Source: a virus
Taxonomy: Duplodnaviria > Caudoviricetes
Direction: 5' to 3' (one strand)
IMG/VR virus record: IMGVR_UViG_3300042543_000618
Location: 12,904-76,903 of that record
Length of the DNA: 64,000 nt
Shown here: piece after piece, positions 53,236 through 62,240 of the stretch
Numbering within the stretch: the first letter of the stretch is position 1
How the letters are laid out: each line of letters opens with the position of its first letter
Notes under the pieces: model-generated
Database searches by the model: none
Seen by the model: only the letters and a program-made list of their open reading frames with translations
Told to the model about the DNA's origin: nothing
Position numbers and translations under genes: made by a program

Positions 53236-54255
53236 CCATTCCACCTCTGGCAACTCTAGGGCATCCATCGACGTTTTGCCGCCAGGTAGGCCGTAGTATT
53301 GCAGCACTAGCCCCTCCGGCGGGATCTCCATAGTGGCAAGCTTGCGCCTAAACTTAACCGGTATTTTGCCTGCCGAATGGCGACAGTTAGGATGCTGGGG
53401 CAGGCTAGCTACCCAGGCGTCGGGGCGAACGCCAAAGTTAGCAAATAGGTTGCGTTTTAGCACCTCTATTGTAAAAACGCGACCGTCAATCAACCGGCGG
53501 CAATGTTCGCAGGAGCCCGCGTGGGGCATGACATAAGCTAACCGTTGCCCGCTTGCCTCCAGCGTGGCCAGGATGCCTAGGTTCATCATCCGCATGGATT
53601 CGGTGCGGGAAATGGTTTGCGCTCGAGATGCGATCGCATTCAACAGCCGTGACTCGGTATTGATGAGCCATTCCTGTACCATGGCTGGGGTGACGGCACC
53701 AGGGTCCGCGCCTAGCTCCTGGGCGATCAGGTCGCGGCGCAGCAGGTTTTCAAGGATGGGTACTGCCCCGGCAGGGTTGCGGTTTTTTAGCGACTCCACC
53801 GCCAGCACATCTCGCATCATGCCCCGGGCGTCATCGGATAGGCGTTTCACCCAGTCCAATGAAAAGCGAGCGCCCTGGTTAAAGCTTTCCCTCACCGCCG
53901 GGGGGACGTTAGCAATGTCCTCTGGCGTTACCCTAAACCGGGCGGCGTAGCCTGCCACCTGGTCGTCGGGGATGATGGCGGCCAAGTTGCGGCGTAGGCG
54001 GGCGGCGATCGGTTCCTGTTGTTGGTACGCCCATTGGGCCACCTCTCGCACCTTGAGGACGGTCGCCACCCACTCCGGTATCGGTTGGCCGGTGGAGATA
54101 TTCACCAGGTAGGGCTCTGTCACCCCCTCGACGTAGCCATCGACAATGCCAAGCGCGATCGCGTCCTCGTACTGTCGCTCAAACCAATCCAGGAACGCGA
54201 TAATATCGGTCGGCTCAAACTGGCTGAAGTCGTCGGGGGCAAGGGGAGACCACAT
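53224..54255 (-). CDS. Head morphogenesis protein (Mu gpF/SPP1 gp7-like)
   Basis: AQTISRTESMR, CEHCRRLIDGR, LPQHPNCRH; start at a TAATG overlap. Confidence 0.8.
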   Translation of the reverse strand: MWSPLAPDDFSQFEPTDIIAFLDWFERQYEDAIALGIVDGYVEGVTEPYLVNISTGQPIPEWVATVLKVREVAQWAYQQQEPIAARLRRNLAAIIPDDQVAGYAARFRVTPEDIANVPPAVRESFNQGARFSLDWVKRLSDDARGMMRDVLAVESLKNRNPAGAVPILENLLRRDLIAQELGADPGAVTPAMVQEWLINTESRLLNAIASRAQTISRTESMRMMNLGILATLEASGQRLAYVMPHAGSCEHCRRLIDGRVFTIEVLKRNLFANFGVRPDAWVASLPQHPNCRHSAGKIPVKFRRKLATMEIPPEGLVLQYYGLPGGKTSMDALELPEVEWLEP

Positions 54256-54467
54256 TATTCGACGCCCCAACGTTGGAAGCTTTGACGCTCCATGTCCCTG
54301 GTCGGTCGCCAATGGGGAAACATGGAGCGCCAAGCTTGGTAAATGTCAGCGCGATCGCTGCTCTCGTTAAAGCGCATCGCTAGTTCCAAAATATCGAACG
54401 CGGTAGGCTTATCGAAGGCGCATAGCGCATCGCGGATGCCTTCCAGGTAGGAGCGCCAATTAATCAC
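54255..54467 (-). CDS. Small hypothetical protein
   Basis: 70 aa coupled ORF. Confidence 0.5.
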   Translation of the reverse strand: MINWRSYLEGIRDALCAFDKPTAFDILELAMRFNESSDRADIYQAWRSMFPHWRPTRDMERQSFQRWGVE

Positions 54468-55555
54468 CGCTTAGTACCTCCAGGGGGTGTTTCTTTGGCC
54501 TGACGTGCTACCGCCCAACCAACCGCCTTCGGCCAGGAAAGCCCTCGGTCATGCTTGGCGTACTCAATCTTTTGCCAAAGATCAATGTCAATGTCTGATT
54601 CGGTTAAGCCCTCAGTGTCTAAAGCTTCGCGGATAGACGTGGCTACGCGCTTTCCAAGGGAGTCGAGGCTTGGCACACTGGGGCCAGCCTTCATTTTCTC
54701 TAAAAACCTTTTCGTGTCCTGCTGAACTGCAATTTCTTTTAGTTCAGCGCGCATTTTCAGGCGCGGCGACCGATGCTCCTCCACGGAAGATTGTGGTCCT
54801 TGGGACGGCGATTGCTCGTAACTGCGCCGCTTCCGCGATAATATACTGGCCTCCTGCCTGAAAAATTCCTCAGCTAGTCTTTCTCCTTTCTCAGTGGGAA
54901 AAAATCTATCTGATTCCCGGTCGTATTCCAGGAAACCCAAACGGTCTAAATTTCTTAGTCCATCCGAAAAATCTATAAACTCAGAGGTATCAGAGAATCC
55001 TCCGCCGATGATGGCTAGGAAGTTTCGAGCGTCGGAACGGGAGAACGCCTCTATATCCACCTCGAACCCGAGGATCTTTGATAACGCTGACGAAAAAGCC
55101 GTCTTTACGCTTAGCTCCGATAGCTCTTTTTTGAAAGGCTCGTGCCACCCGTAATTTACGATGTGAATTAATGGACTTTTTGTCTCCAGCGTATTGCCGG
55201 TAGATGCACCCGTATCGCTGTCTTCTATTACCGGGGCAACTTTAGGCGCACTGGGCTTAGATGTCTTGGGTTTGTCAGTACGCTCCCATCGGCTATTGCT
55301 ATTCAGTCGATAGGTGACGCCATTTTCCACTTTGGTGTCGCCCTCATTGTGCCCACCAAATAAGCCTAGCTGCCCTGGGGAGGGTTGCCGCCGCCGTCCT
55401 GCCTTGCTTAGCGCTTCCCACTGATGATCTTTGTTGAGCCGGAAAATAGTGCTGCCACGGGTCGCCACTGTGCCGTTAGCAACCTTGGACAGGACTAGGG
55501 AGCGATCGCGCCGTTGCAAGGCATAAAGTCGTCCCATGAATCTTAGAAATGTCAT
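54464..55555 (-). CDS. Leader-bearing putative head cargo protein 3
   Basis: LSKAGRRRQPSPGQLGLFGGHNEGDTKVENGVTYRLNSNSRWER; payload has a wHTH-like segment (LDRLGFLEY...FFPTEKGERLA). Confidence 0.75.
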   Translation of the reverse strand: MTFLRFMGRLYALQRRDRSLVLSKVANGTVATRGSTIFRLNKDHQWEALSKAGRRRQPSPGQLGLFGGHNEGDTKVENGVTYRLNSNSRWERTDKPKTSKPSAPKVAPVIEDSDTGASTGNTLETKSPLIHIVNYGWHEPFKKELSELSVKTAFSSALSKILGFEVDIEAFSRSDARNFLAIIGGGFSDTSEFIDFSDGLRNLDRLGFLEYDRESDRFFPTEKGERLAEEFFRQEASILSRKRRSYEQSPSQGPQSSVEEHRSPRLKMRAELKEIAVQQDTKRFLEKMKAGPSVPSLDSLGKRVATSIREALDTEGLTESDIDIDLWQKIEYAKHDRGLSWPKAVGWAVARQAKETPPGGTKR

Positions 55556-55752
55556 GACTCTTTTAGTACCTCCAGGGGGTGACAGCGTAGGTCTGTGGTA
55601 CGAATCAACGCTTCGGTGCGATTCAGGATTTCACAGCGGATCAAGCGGTCCTGGAGGGCAGGTTCATCTAGCTTGGCTAGCTCCTGCCAGTTGGCAGATT
55701 CGTTGCGGAAGGTTTCGCGTTCGTGCAGGACGCGATCGCGTAGGATCAGCAT
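55552..55752 (-). CDS. Small hypothetical protein
   Basis: MLILRDRVLHERETF...; ATGA-coupled to 54464-55555. Confidence 0.4.
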   Translation of the reverse strand: MLILRDRVLHERETFRNESANWQELAKLDEPALQDRLIRCEILNRTEALIRTTDLRCHPLEVLKES

Positions 55753-55792
55753 ATTATCAAAAGCCGCCGCCGCCACCTGGGAAAAGTCAACT

Positions 55793-56497
55793 ATGGCCAC
55801 TATTACAATCCCCCACGATGATTTACAGTCTGCTTTCAATACCCTAGATAGGCTAGGCATCAAGGCGGGCCAGGGCGCTAGCGTCGAACTTGATGCCACC
55901 GTTCACATTTTAGACGAGTCTATTGATCGTCTGGTACAAACATACCGCCGTCAGCGACAACAATCAGAGCCACCGCCAGAGGCGCTTGGCCGTTGCATTC
56001 GCCTAGACCGGTGCCTACCGGTGCCGCCCTGGGCCAACCATAAGCTACTAGGCTACCAGGCGCGGTTTATCAAATTGATGGAGGAAGCGGGCGATGATCG
56101 CGATCGGCGTCGGGAGTTAATTGATGAATTGCAGTCACTACGGCGATCGGTACGGCTGCGGATCATTCGCGCCACGGTGCAGGGGGACATCATCGCCCAT
56201 CAAACCGTTGTCTACGGTGCCAATGTACTTCAGGTGCCCCTAGAGGGCGCCCTACCCTTGAGCGAACCCACCGGTGAAGCGATGACCGTTAAACGCCTGA
56301 TTCACCTTACCCACCCAACCAGCCCCGAAGACCTATACCTGCGGGAGAAGAATATCACCTGCGAGACGATCTATCGCTACCGATGCCCCGGGCTAGATGA
56401 TGCGGAATGGAACCTACAGAACGAGCCACGGGTGCTGATTGACGCGATCGGCTATCGGGAATTGTTAGAGGCTAGATGGCGACGGGAGGCGGGTTAG
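55793..56497 (+). CDS. Hypothetical protein
   Basis: ATG 55793 (MATITIPHDD...); codon usage like the phage core. Confidence 0.65.
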   Translation: MATITIPHDDLQSAFNTLDRLGIKAGQGASVELDATVHILDESIDRLVQTYRRQRQQSEPPPEALGRCIRLDRCLPVPPWANHKLLGYQARFIKLMEEAGDDRDRRRELIDELQSLRRSVRLRIIRATVQGDIIAHQTVVYGANVLQVPLEGALPLSEPTGEAMTVKRLIHLTHPTSPEDLYLREKNITCETIYRYRCPGLDDAEWNLQNEPRVLIDAIGYRELLEARWRREAG

Positions 56498-58140
56498 GCT
56501 AGCGGCTTATGATTGGGTTGCGCACTCTTCATCTTTGCAAGGTATTCTAATTGCCAAAATGATCCTTTTTTGTTGTCGGCAACAAGAATTTGTGGTCCAT
56601 TAGGTTCAATGCAAAGTTTGTCGGGGCTATGAGAATCCCATCCTAAACGCCCCCACACATGCACCCTGTACCCTTCAAACACATGGGCTCCGACCATTTC
56701 AGCAAGAGACCCATAAGCTTTAAGCCTGACAACGACCCTAGCTTTGGCAAGTAATTCACGAAACGCTTCTAGAATTTCATCTGACCCTAAATGCTTTGAA
56801 TGCCACTTTTCCGAATTTTCCGAAAGTAGCTCTGCTAATAATTCACCTCTAGGTGTGCTTCCTAGAAATTGGTCAACCTCTAGGCTGGCAACGAACAAAG
56901 CAGGTTTCCCAACTCTTTTGGGGTAATACAATGGCGTTCCTAGGATCACCCCTCTTACCCCTGCGCCCCTAGGATCAAGCTTAAAATCGCTATGACTGAT
57001 GCGACTCCCAACCTCCGGCAAGCTTTCTTGCTTTTCTGGATCTGCAGCAAGGACAACTTGCACTGACAGATCTGCCTGAACAGATTGGGGCGCAGCTAGC
57101 CCTGGCAAAATACTTCTAAGCTGGGCAAGTCCACCGATCAAAGTCACTTCGGATCTGCCTGATACTCCAACCCGATAGGTTTCAGCGATCTCTTTGCGTC
57201 TCCGATGGTAAGCGTTTTGGCAGACTAGATTTTCTTTGGGCTGATTCGGTGTATCGAACCCACCCCAAAAATTAGGGTAGCCATCTTTTGCGGGCGTCAA
57301 TATCAAGTTGCCATCATCACTGCCGGGCTCACCTTCAATGTGGTAAACCCAGGCAGGCAAGTCGCCCTCCACCATAGAAGTTAGAATAGGCTTGAATGAG
57401 CCCCCAGACCTGCTTTGCTTGAAGACCCACACTACAGGGGTAGCAACAGTCAATAGCCCTTGGTTGCGATTTTCCCAGGCATCAAAGGCGATTTTAGACT
57501 GCTGCACTTCGACGGCAATCGCGAAATCGACCGGCCCTGACGGGGTATCCCCCTTGATGGTGAATTTAATATCCGGTCGCTGGTTGAGGTCGTCTGAGGC
57601 TTTTAGGTTTAGCTGGTCGGTGATATTACAGTCAGGGTAAAGCGCTTTTAGCTCGTTGGTGAAAACGGATCTCAATCGATCGGTTATTCTTTCGTGTTCG
57701 GTGTCTGCCCTGCAGTTTTCACCGTGACCGGGCAAGTGGCGGTAGCTTGCCCGGCGACCATCAGGCGCTTTCAAGTGTTTGTCTGAGCAAGCAACAAACC
57801 GGGTGGCAATTTTAGGGTGAACTCTGCCGTCGCTGATTAGGCGATTTTTGTGCAAGATCGCTTGCCCACCTTCGACCCGATCGCTGTGCCCCTCTCTATC
57901 ACACTGTTCTAATACAGATCGGTCTCTAAACCGCCAAGCCTCTGAATCCCCCATTTTTGCCAACACAGCAGCAGCGCAAGATGAACACACATGAAGCCCA
58001 GGCTTAAATAGCTCCTTTTCCTGTGATTGCCGCTCCAGAATCGCCGCCGAAAAATTCTCAAGGTCGCCAATCACTGATGGTTTAATGACTTGCTCATCAA
58101 ACCTTGTTTCAGGACGTATTTCAAAACTCGTAGTAACCAT
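56494..58140 (-). CDS. CoiA-like PD-(D/E)xK nuclease-domain protein
   Basis: SYRHLPG...C...EH, RPDI...AVEVQQS, VVWVF; AT-richer, lacks full HIP1 sites. Confidence 0.65.
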   Translation of the reverse strand: MVTTSFEIRPETRFDEQVIKPSVIGDLENFSAAILERQSQEKELFKPGLHVCSSCAAAVLAKMGDSEAWRFRDRSVLEQCDREGHSDRVEGGQAILHKNRLISDGRVHPKIATRFVACSDKHLKAPDGRRASYRHLPGHGENCRADTEHERITDRLRSVFTNELKALYPDCNITDQLNLKASDDLNQRPDIKFTIKGDTPSGPVDFAIAVEVQQSKIAFDAWENRNQGLLTVATPVVWVFKQSRSGGSFKPILTSMVEGDLPAWVYHIEGEPGSDDGNLILTPAKDGYPNFWGGFDTPNQPKENLVCQNAYHRRRKEIAETYRVGVSGRSEVTLIGGLAQLRSILPGLAAPQSVQADLSVQVVLAADPEKQESLPEVGSRISHSDFKLDPRGAGVRGVILGTPLYYPKRVGKPALFVASLEVDQFLGSTPRGELLAELLSENSEKWHSKHLGSDEILEAFRELLAKARVVVRLKAYGSLAEMVGAHVFEGYRVHVWGRLGWDSHSPDKLCIEPNGPQILVADNKKGSFWQLEYLAKMKSAQPNHKPLA

Positions 58141-58191
58141 GCGCCCGCCTATCTCAACATGAGTTCATACAGACTTATGTTAGCGCACATT

Positions 58192-58208
58192 GCTTAAAGC
58201 ATATAAGC
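58192..58208. promoter_or_regulatory. Operator-like site 3
   Basis: GCTTAAAGCATATAAGC upstream of 56494-58140. Confidence 0.55.
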
Positions 58209-58240
58209 GCTGTGACGGCGGAATTACGTTCCTGTTTTAA

Positions 58241-59107
58241 TTAATCGCCTGCCAGCCCATCTAACACCCCCGCGATCGCATCCCTACCGCTTTTCTGAAA
58301 ATCCTTCAACGCCTGCCCCAGGTTAGCTAGGTGATAAACCGCAACCGTTGCCGTTGCTGCACTAGCCAGGGTAAGGATAGCGTCCGGTTCCCCCTCGGGG
58401 GATAGGACAGGCTTTTGCCCTGCCGCCGCCCAACTGAACATGGACTCCTGGCACAGCTGTAGCTTTTCGTCTAGCCGTTGGTCGATGGTGCGCCAGATGC
58501 CATCTCGCCAACGTCTAACGATCTCCTGGGCATGGGGACTACCCATATAGCCCGCTAGCACCTCCCCCGCCCGCCTAGGCCCGATCGCATTCAATAGCAC
58601 CGGCGGAATGATCGGTTCATTAAAAAAGTCAGTCGCCAGGGCATCTAGGACCGTCTGAGCGCCTGCATAGAACGTTAGGGATACTTCACCACCCATCGGC
58701 CAATCCCCTAGCAGCACGCGGCATTCTAGCTCGTCTAGGAGCGTATTACGGGATAGGTGGCCCTGCTGCATGGCAAAGGCAGCGGCTTGGTCCGGTCGTG
58801 CAAAGTGTGGCCCCGGTTCAGCCGCCTCCGGCCTGCCGTTGCTCAGTAGTCGCCTGAGTCGGTTCAGCGGTTGGTCCGGTACATCCACCGGGGAGCGCTT
58901 CTCCCGCCTACGGGGACGCCCGCGATCGCTGTCATAGTCCCACTCTTTCTTACGGTCTTCAAATTGCTCGGGCTGATCGGTCGCCACCGGCAATAGTTCA
59001 CCGTAGACCAGTTCACCGGGCCAGGTTAGCAGGTAGGCATTGTCCGTCCAGGCTAGCGATCGCCCGTCCGGCGTGCATAGCCCATCATCAAGGATCGGGT
59101 GGTTCAC
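58241..59107 (-). CDS. Hypothetical protein
   Basis: 288 aa coupled ORF. Confidence 0.7.
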   Translation of the reverse strand: MNHPILDDGLCTPDGRSLAWTDNAYLLTWPGELVYGELLPVATDQPEQFEDRKKEWDYDSDRGRPRRREKRSPVDVPDQPLNRLRRLLSNGRPEAAEPGPHFARPDQAAAFAMQQGHLSRNTLLDELECRVLLGDWPMGGEVSLTFYAGAQTVLDALATDFFNEPIIPPVLLNAIGPRRAGEVLAGYMGSPHAQEIVRRWRDGIWRTIDQRLDEKLQLCQESMFSWAAAGQKPVLSPEGEPDAILTLASAATATVAVYHLANLGQALKDFQKSGRDAIAGVLDGLAGD

Positions 59108-59544
59108 AGTAATTGCTCCAGTTTACTGATTTGGGCTGCCGCTGCTGGGTGACGGTAGCGCTGTAGCCGTAGGATATGCGCCTCTATGTCGCCGCCCGCT
59201 GCCTTAGAAAGCTGTCCGCCATTGTAGACCTGCAATAGCAGTAGGCCATAGTCCAGCGCCTTTTGGAGGGGCGCGGATGGCATAGAGGCAAGCACCGGGT
59301 TCATCTGGTGTACTTGCTCCAGCTTGCGCTTGGTGGCCAGCAATTTCAGGTATTGCGCCTCCGCCTCCGGGTCGTTGCCGATACCGGCTGACTCGATGCG
59401 ATCGCGTAGCCGCGATAGCTCGGATAGGGTTTGCTGCTGCAGGGTGGCGATGCCTGCGATCGCCTGCTGGTGGATGCGTCGGGTATCCCTAAGGCGGGTG
59501 CCGCCTTCCGCCAGCATTTTGTAGAGGTCCTGTTGAGTGCCCAT
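59104..59544 (-). CDS. Hypothetical helical protein with LQKA/LSKA sites
   Basis: 146 aa ORF. Confidence 0.7.
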   Translation of the reverse strand: MGTQQDLYKMLAEGGTRLRDTRRIHQQAIAGIATLQQQTLSELSRLRDRIESAGIGNDPEAEAQYLKLLATKRKLEQVHQMNPVLASMPSAPLQKALDYGLLLLQVYNGGQLSKAAGGDIEAHILRLQRYRHPAAAAQISKLEQLL

Positions 59545-59586
59545 GGTGCCTAAAGAAGGAGGACAGCCTAAGTATAGCCTGGGGTT

Positions 59587-59603
59587 GCTTATTGCAAATA
59601 AGC
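59587..59603. promoter_or_regulatory. Operator-like site 4 (perfect inverted repeat)
   Basis: GCTTATT-GCA-AATAAGC upstream of a minus-strand TATACT. Confidence 0.65.
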
Positions 59604-59612
59604 GTTAAGTGG

Positions 59613-62231
59613 CTAGAGTTTTCTAACGTAGAACCGCATTCCACCGCCAGGGATTGTGATTGAACCCTTTCGCTGGTCCTGGGTAATGTTAGGGTTGTCC
59701 CCTCCCATTAACTGAATGTGGTCATCGGCCTGCATTTCTAGCAGCCAATTATCAAATTGCTTTTGGGAGATGCGGTTGCCTAATTCATGGCGGATGCGAT
59801 AAATGGGAACTAGATCCCCTAGATTGTAGTCGGCACTAAGCTGATCATAAACGTTGGCCATTTCGCTCTTGAAATTGTCATAGGACTTAATTGGCGTTGT
59901 TTTTGGCTTGGGTTGAGGGGGCGCTTTAGGTTGTTGCCTGGAGATGGGTGACTGGGTTGGGGTTGGATCGTTGCCGCCAAAATCTTCTAGTTTGCTAACA
60001 TAAAAACGCAGTCCACCTCCCGGGATTGTAACCGAATCCTCCCGCTGATCTTGAGCAATGGTAGGCACAGCTTCTCCCGTTAATTGAATTTTGTCGTCCG
60101 CTTGAATGTCAAACAACCATTCATTGAATTGCGCACGGGAGACGCGATCGCCTAGCTCGCGGCGGATGCGATAGATAGGCACCATGTCGCCTAGGTTTTC
60201 CTCGGAGTTGAGCTTGTCGTAGATCCTGGCAACTTCGTTTTTGAACTCACCATAGGACGCGATCGGCTTTGCCTGCGGCTGGGGCTGGGTTTGTGGCTTG
60301 GCCTTGGGTTTAACGGCTGCTTTCTTGCCCTTCGGCTTCACCTTACCTGTCGAGGCTGGCTTTTGCTCGGGCTCAAATGCTTGGCGGATGAAATGGTACT
60401 CGCTGTTGTCGTCCTTAATTTGAGACGTTGATACGTCATTGGCGTCTAGCGCGTAGGCCATATCCGCCCGGCTTAGATCGAGCTTTCGCTGCCGGTTAGC
60501 CCTCACCAAGCGCTTTTTGAAGTCGTCTAGGCTGAGGTTTAGGTCTGGGTGCTGTTTCTGCAAGGTCTCCCATACCTTGGAGATAAATACATTGGAGTTC
60601 CCTAGCCGCCCGCCCTGGGTTGCCTTGGCTGCATTCAGGGCCAGATCGACAAAGGCATCATCTGACAAGGGTTCCGAGGTCGTTTTCTTACCCTTGGGTT
60701 TCACATCAGCCTTTTTCGGCGGCGCCTTAGAGTCAAGCGCCATAAAGGCTTGAATAAAGCGATCTTCAGATCCCGGGACTAGGAACTTGGCCGCTGCACT
60801 CCCGTCCTGATCCGATTGCACTGCCCTTAGGTTTGACGCATCAAAGAAATTCACCCTGCCATCGCCTTTGTTCACTTCAGTTTCCGCGATCGCTCCCTCC
60901 TTTACCTGTTGGGCTACACTTCTCATCATGTCCAGCCTAGCGGGCTCTGAAAGGCTGGCAAAGCCTTTGTCTGGATAGGTGCCGCTTAGCATTTGCCTAA
61001 GCGTGTTCATCTTCTGCTCAGGGCTAAGCTGCCTGATTGCAGGCTCAAGCTTGTCAATAATGTCCTCATCCTGTGGGGTGAGATCAACATCAGCCATCAA
61101 GTAGGCTCGTTTCCTGCCGGTTTGCATCTCCCGCTCTTTTCTTACGCGATCTGTACTCTCTTTAACTTTTTGCCCGAGCACGTGTGTAAGTAGGGCGGCG
61201 CGCTGCCAATCTTCCATCGGCGCCAGGAAATCACGGATTTCCGCGACATCCTGCGGCAGTGTTGTATCTTCTGCCTTCGGCTTTACCTCAGCCTTTTTCG
61301 CCTTCGGCTTTACCTTATCTGTCGGGGCCTTTTTCGCCTTAGCGGGCTTGTCCACGGGGGACACCTTTGGCGTCACCTTGGCCGCCGCCCGTTGTGCCTT
61401 GGCGTTTAATTTGCCCTGCTGCACCGCTTGGGCACCGCCGCCCGGGGGACGGCTATCAAAGCGCATTGCCCTTGGCTTACCTTTTGCTTTAGCGCCATCC
61501 ATCGGGATGACGGGCACTACACCGCCGGGGGGCTTTGGCCGCTTGCCCCTGGCTGGCTTGCTGCCGCGATCGCTCCGTTCCCAGCGACGGTTTTTATTGA
61601 GTCGGTAGGTGACGCCGTTGCGTTCCTTGGTAGCGCCTTCCTCCAGCATGGAGCGTCGGGCTGCCTTCTGTAGGTTGGCGCTGGGAATATGGGATTCTAG
61701 AAAATAAAGGCCGTTGCGTTCCATGTCCATGTGGATGCCTATCAGTACGTCAGCAATCCCCTGGATGCCGTCAGTCAATAGCTCCTCAACCAAGTCCATC
61801 ATGTGGCGGATTAGGTAGGCGTAGCGGTCCGCTAGTTCGTCTAGGATGGCGTATTGGTCGCTGCCATTGCTGTAGGGCATCAAGATAGTGCGATCGCCGA
61901 TATCGTCCGCAGTGCCTACCACCACCATGCCCAGGGTAGCCACATTCTCAGCCACCAGGTCGATATGGGGCAATAGGCTTTCTTGCAACTTATCAAAAAG
62001 TTCATGCAATTGCTGGAAGTTGATGCCTTTCACGTTCCAGTGGGCTAGTTGCAGCGATAGGCGTAGGTCTATTAGCGAACACAGCAAGGCATTCAGGTCG
62101 GCGCCAATGCTACCCCGCTGCTCAGCATCCATCGGCAGCCGGGTATCAAAGTCCGCCGCTTTGCGAAAGACAATGCCACGGGGGGACGCGATCGCGGTGT
62201 AGCGATCGCCTGCAAGGGTGAAGGTTTTCAT
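59613..62231 (-). CDS. Leader-bearing multidomain protein: Dps/ferritin domain plus C-terminal tandem repeat domains
   Basis: MKTFTLAG...GIVFRKA; HWNVKGINFQQLHELFD...IDLVAE; GVTYRLNKNRRWER; two VPIYRIRxELG...GGxRFYV repeats. Confidence 0.85.
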   Translation of the reverse strand: MKTFTLAGDRYTAIASPRGIVFRKAADFDTRLPMDAEQRGSIGADLNALLCSLIDLRLSLQLAHWNVKGINFQQLHELFDKLQESLLPHIDLVAENVATLGMVVVGTADDIGDRTILMPYSNGSDQYAILDELADRYAYLIRHMMDLVEELLTDGIQGIADVLIGIHMDMERNGLYFLESHIPSANLQKAARRSMLEEGATKERNGVTYRLNKNRRWERSDRGSKPARGKRPKPPGGVVPVIPMDGAKAKGKPRAMRFDSRPPGGGAQAVQQGKLNAKAQRAAAKVTPKVSPVDKPAKAKKAPTDKVKPKAKKAEVKPKAEDTTLPQDVAEIRDFLAPMEDWQRAALLTHVLGQKVKESTDRVRKEREMQTGRKRAYLMADVDLTPQDEDIIDKLEPAIRQLSPEQKMNTLRQMLSGTYPDKGFASLSEPARLDMMRSVAQQVKEGAIAETEVNKGDGRVNFFDASNLRAVQSDQDGSAAAKFLVPGSEDRFIQAFMALDSKAPPKKADVKPKGKKTTSEPLSDDAFVDLALNAAKATQGGRLGNSNVFISKVWETLQKQHPDLNLSLDDFKKRLVRANRQRKLDLSRADMAYALDANDVSTSQIKDDNSEYHFIRQAFEPEQKPASTGKVKPKGKKAAVKPKAKPQTQPQPQAKPIASYGEFKNEVARIYDKLNSEENLGDMVPIYRIRRELGDRVSRAQFNEWLFDIQADDKIQLTGEAVPTIAQDQREDSVTIPGGGLRFYVSKLEDFGGNDPTPTQSPISRQQPKAPPQPKPKTTPIKSYDNFKSEMANVYDQLSADYNLGDLVPIYRIRHELGNRISQKQFDNWLLEMQADDHIQLMGGDNPNITQDQRKGSITIPGGGMRFYVRKL

Positions 62232-62240
62232 GGGGGAGTG

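Noticed and set aside
21313-55407. Diversity-generating retroelement TR/VR pair explaining the leader repeats
   Set aside because: No reverse transcriptase in the window; differences are mostly synonymous, not adenine-specific, and lie in conserved leader modules
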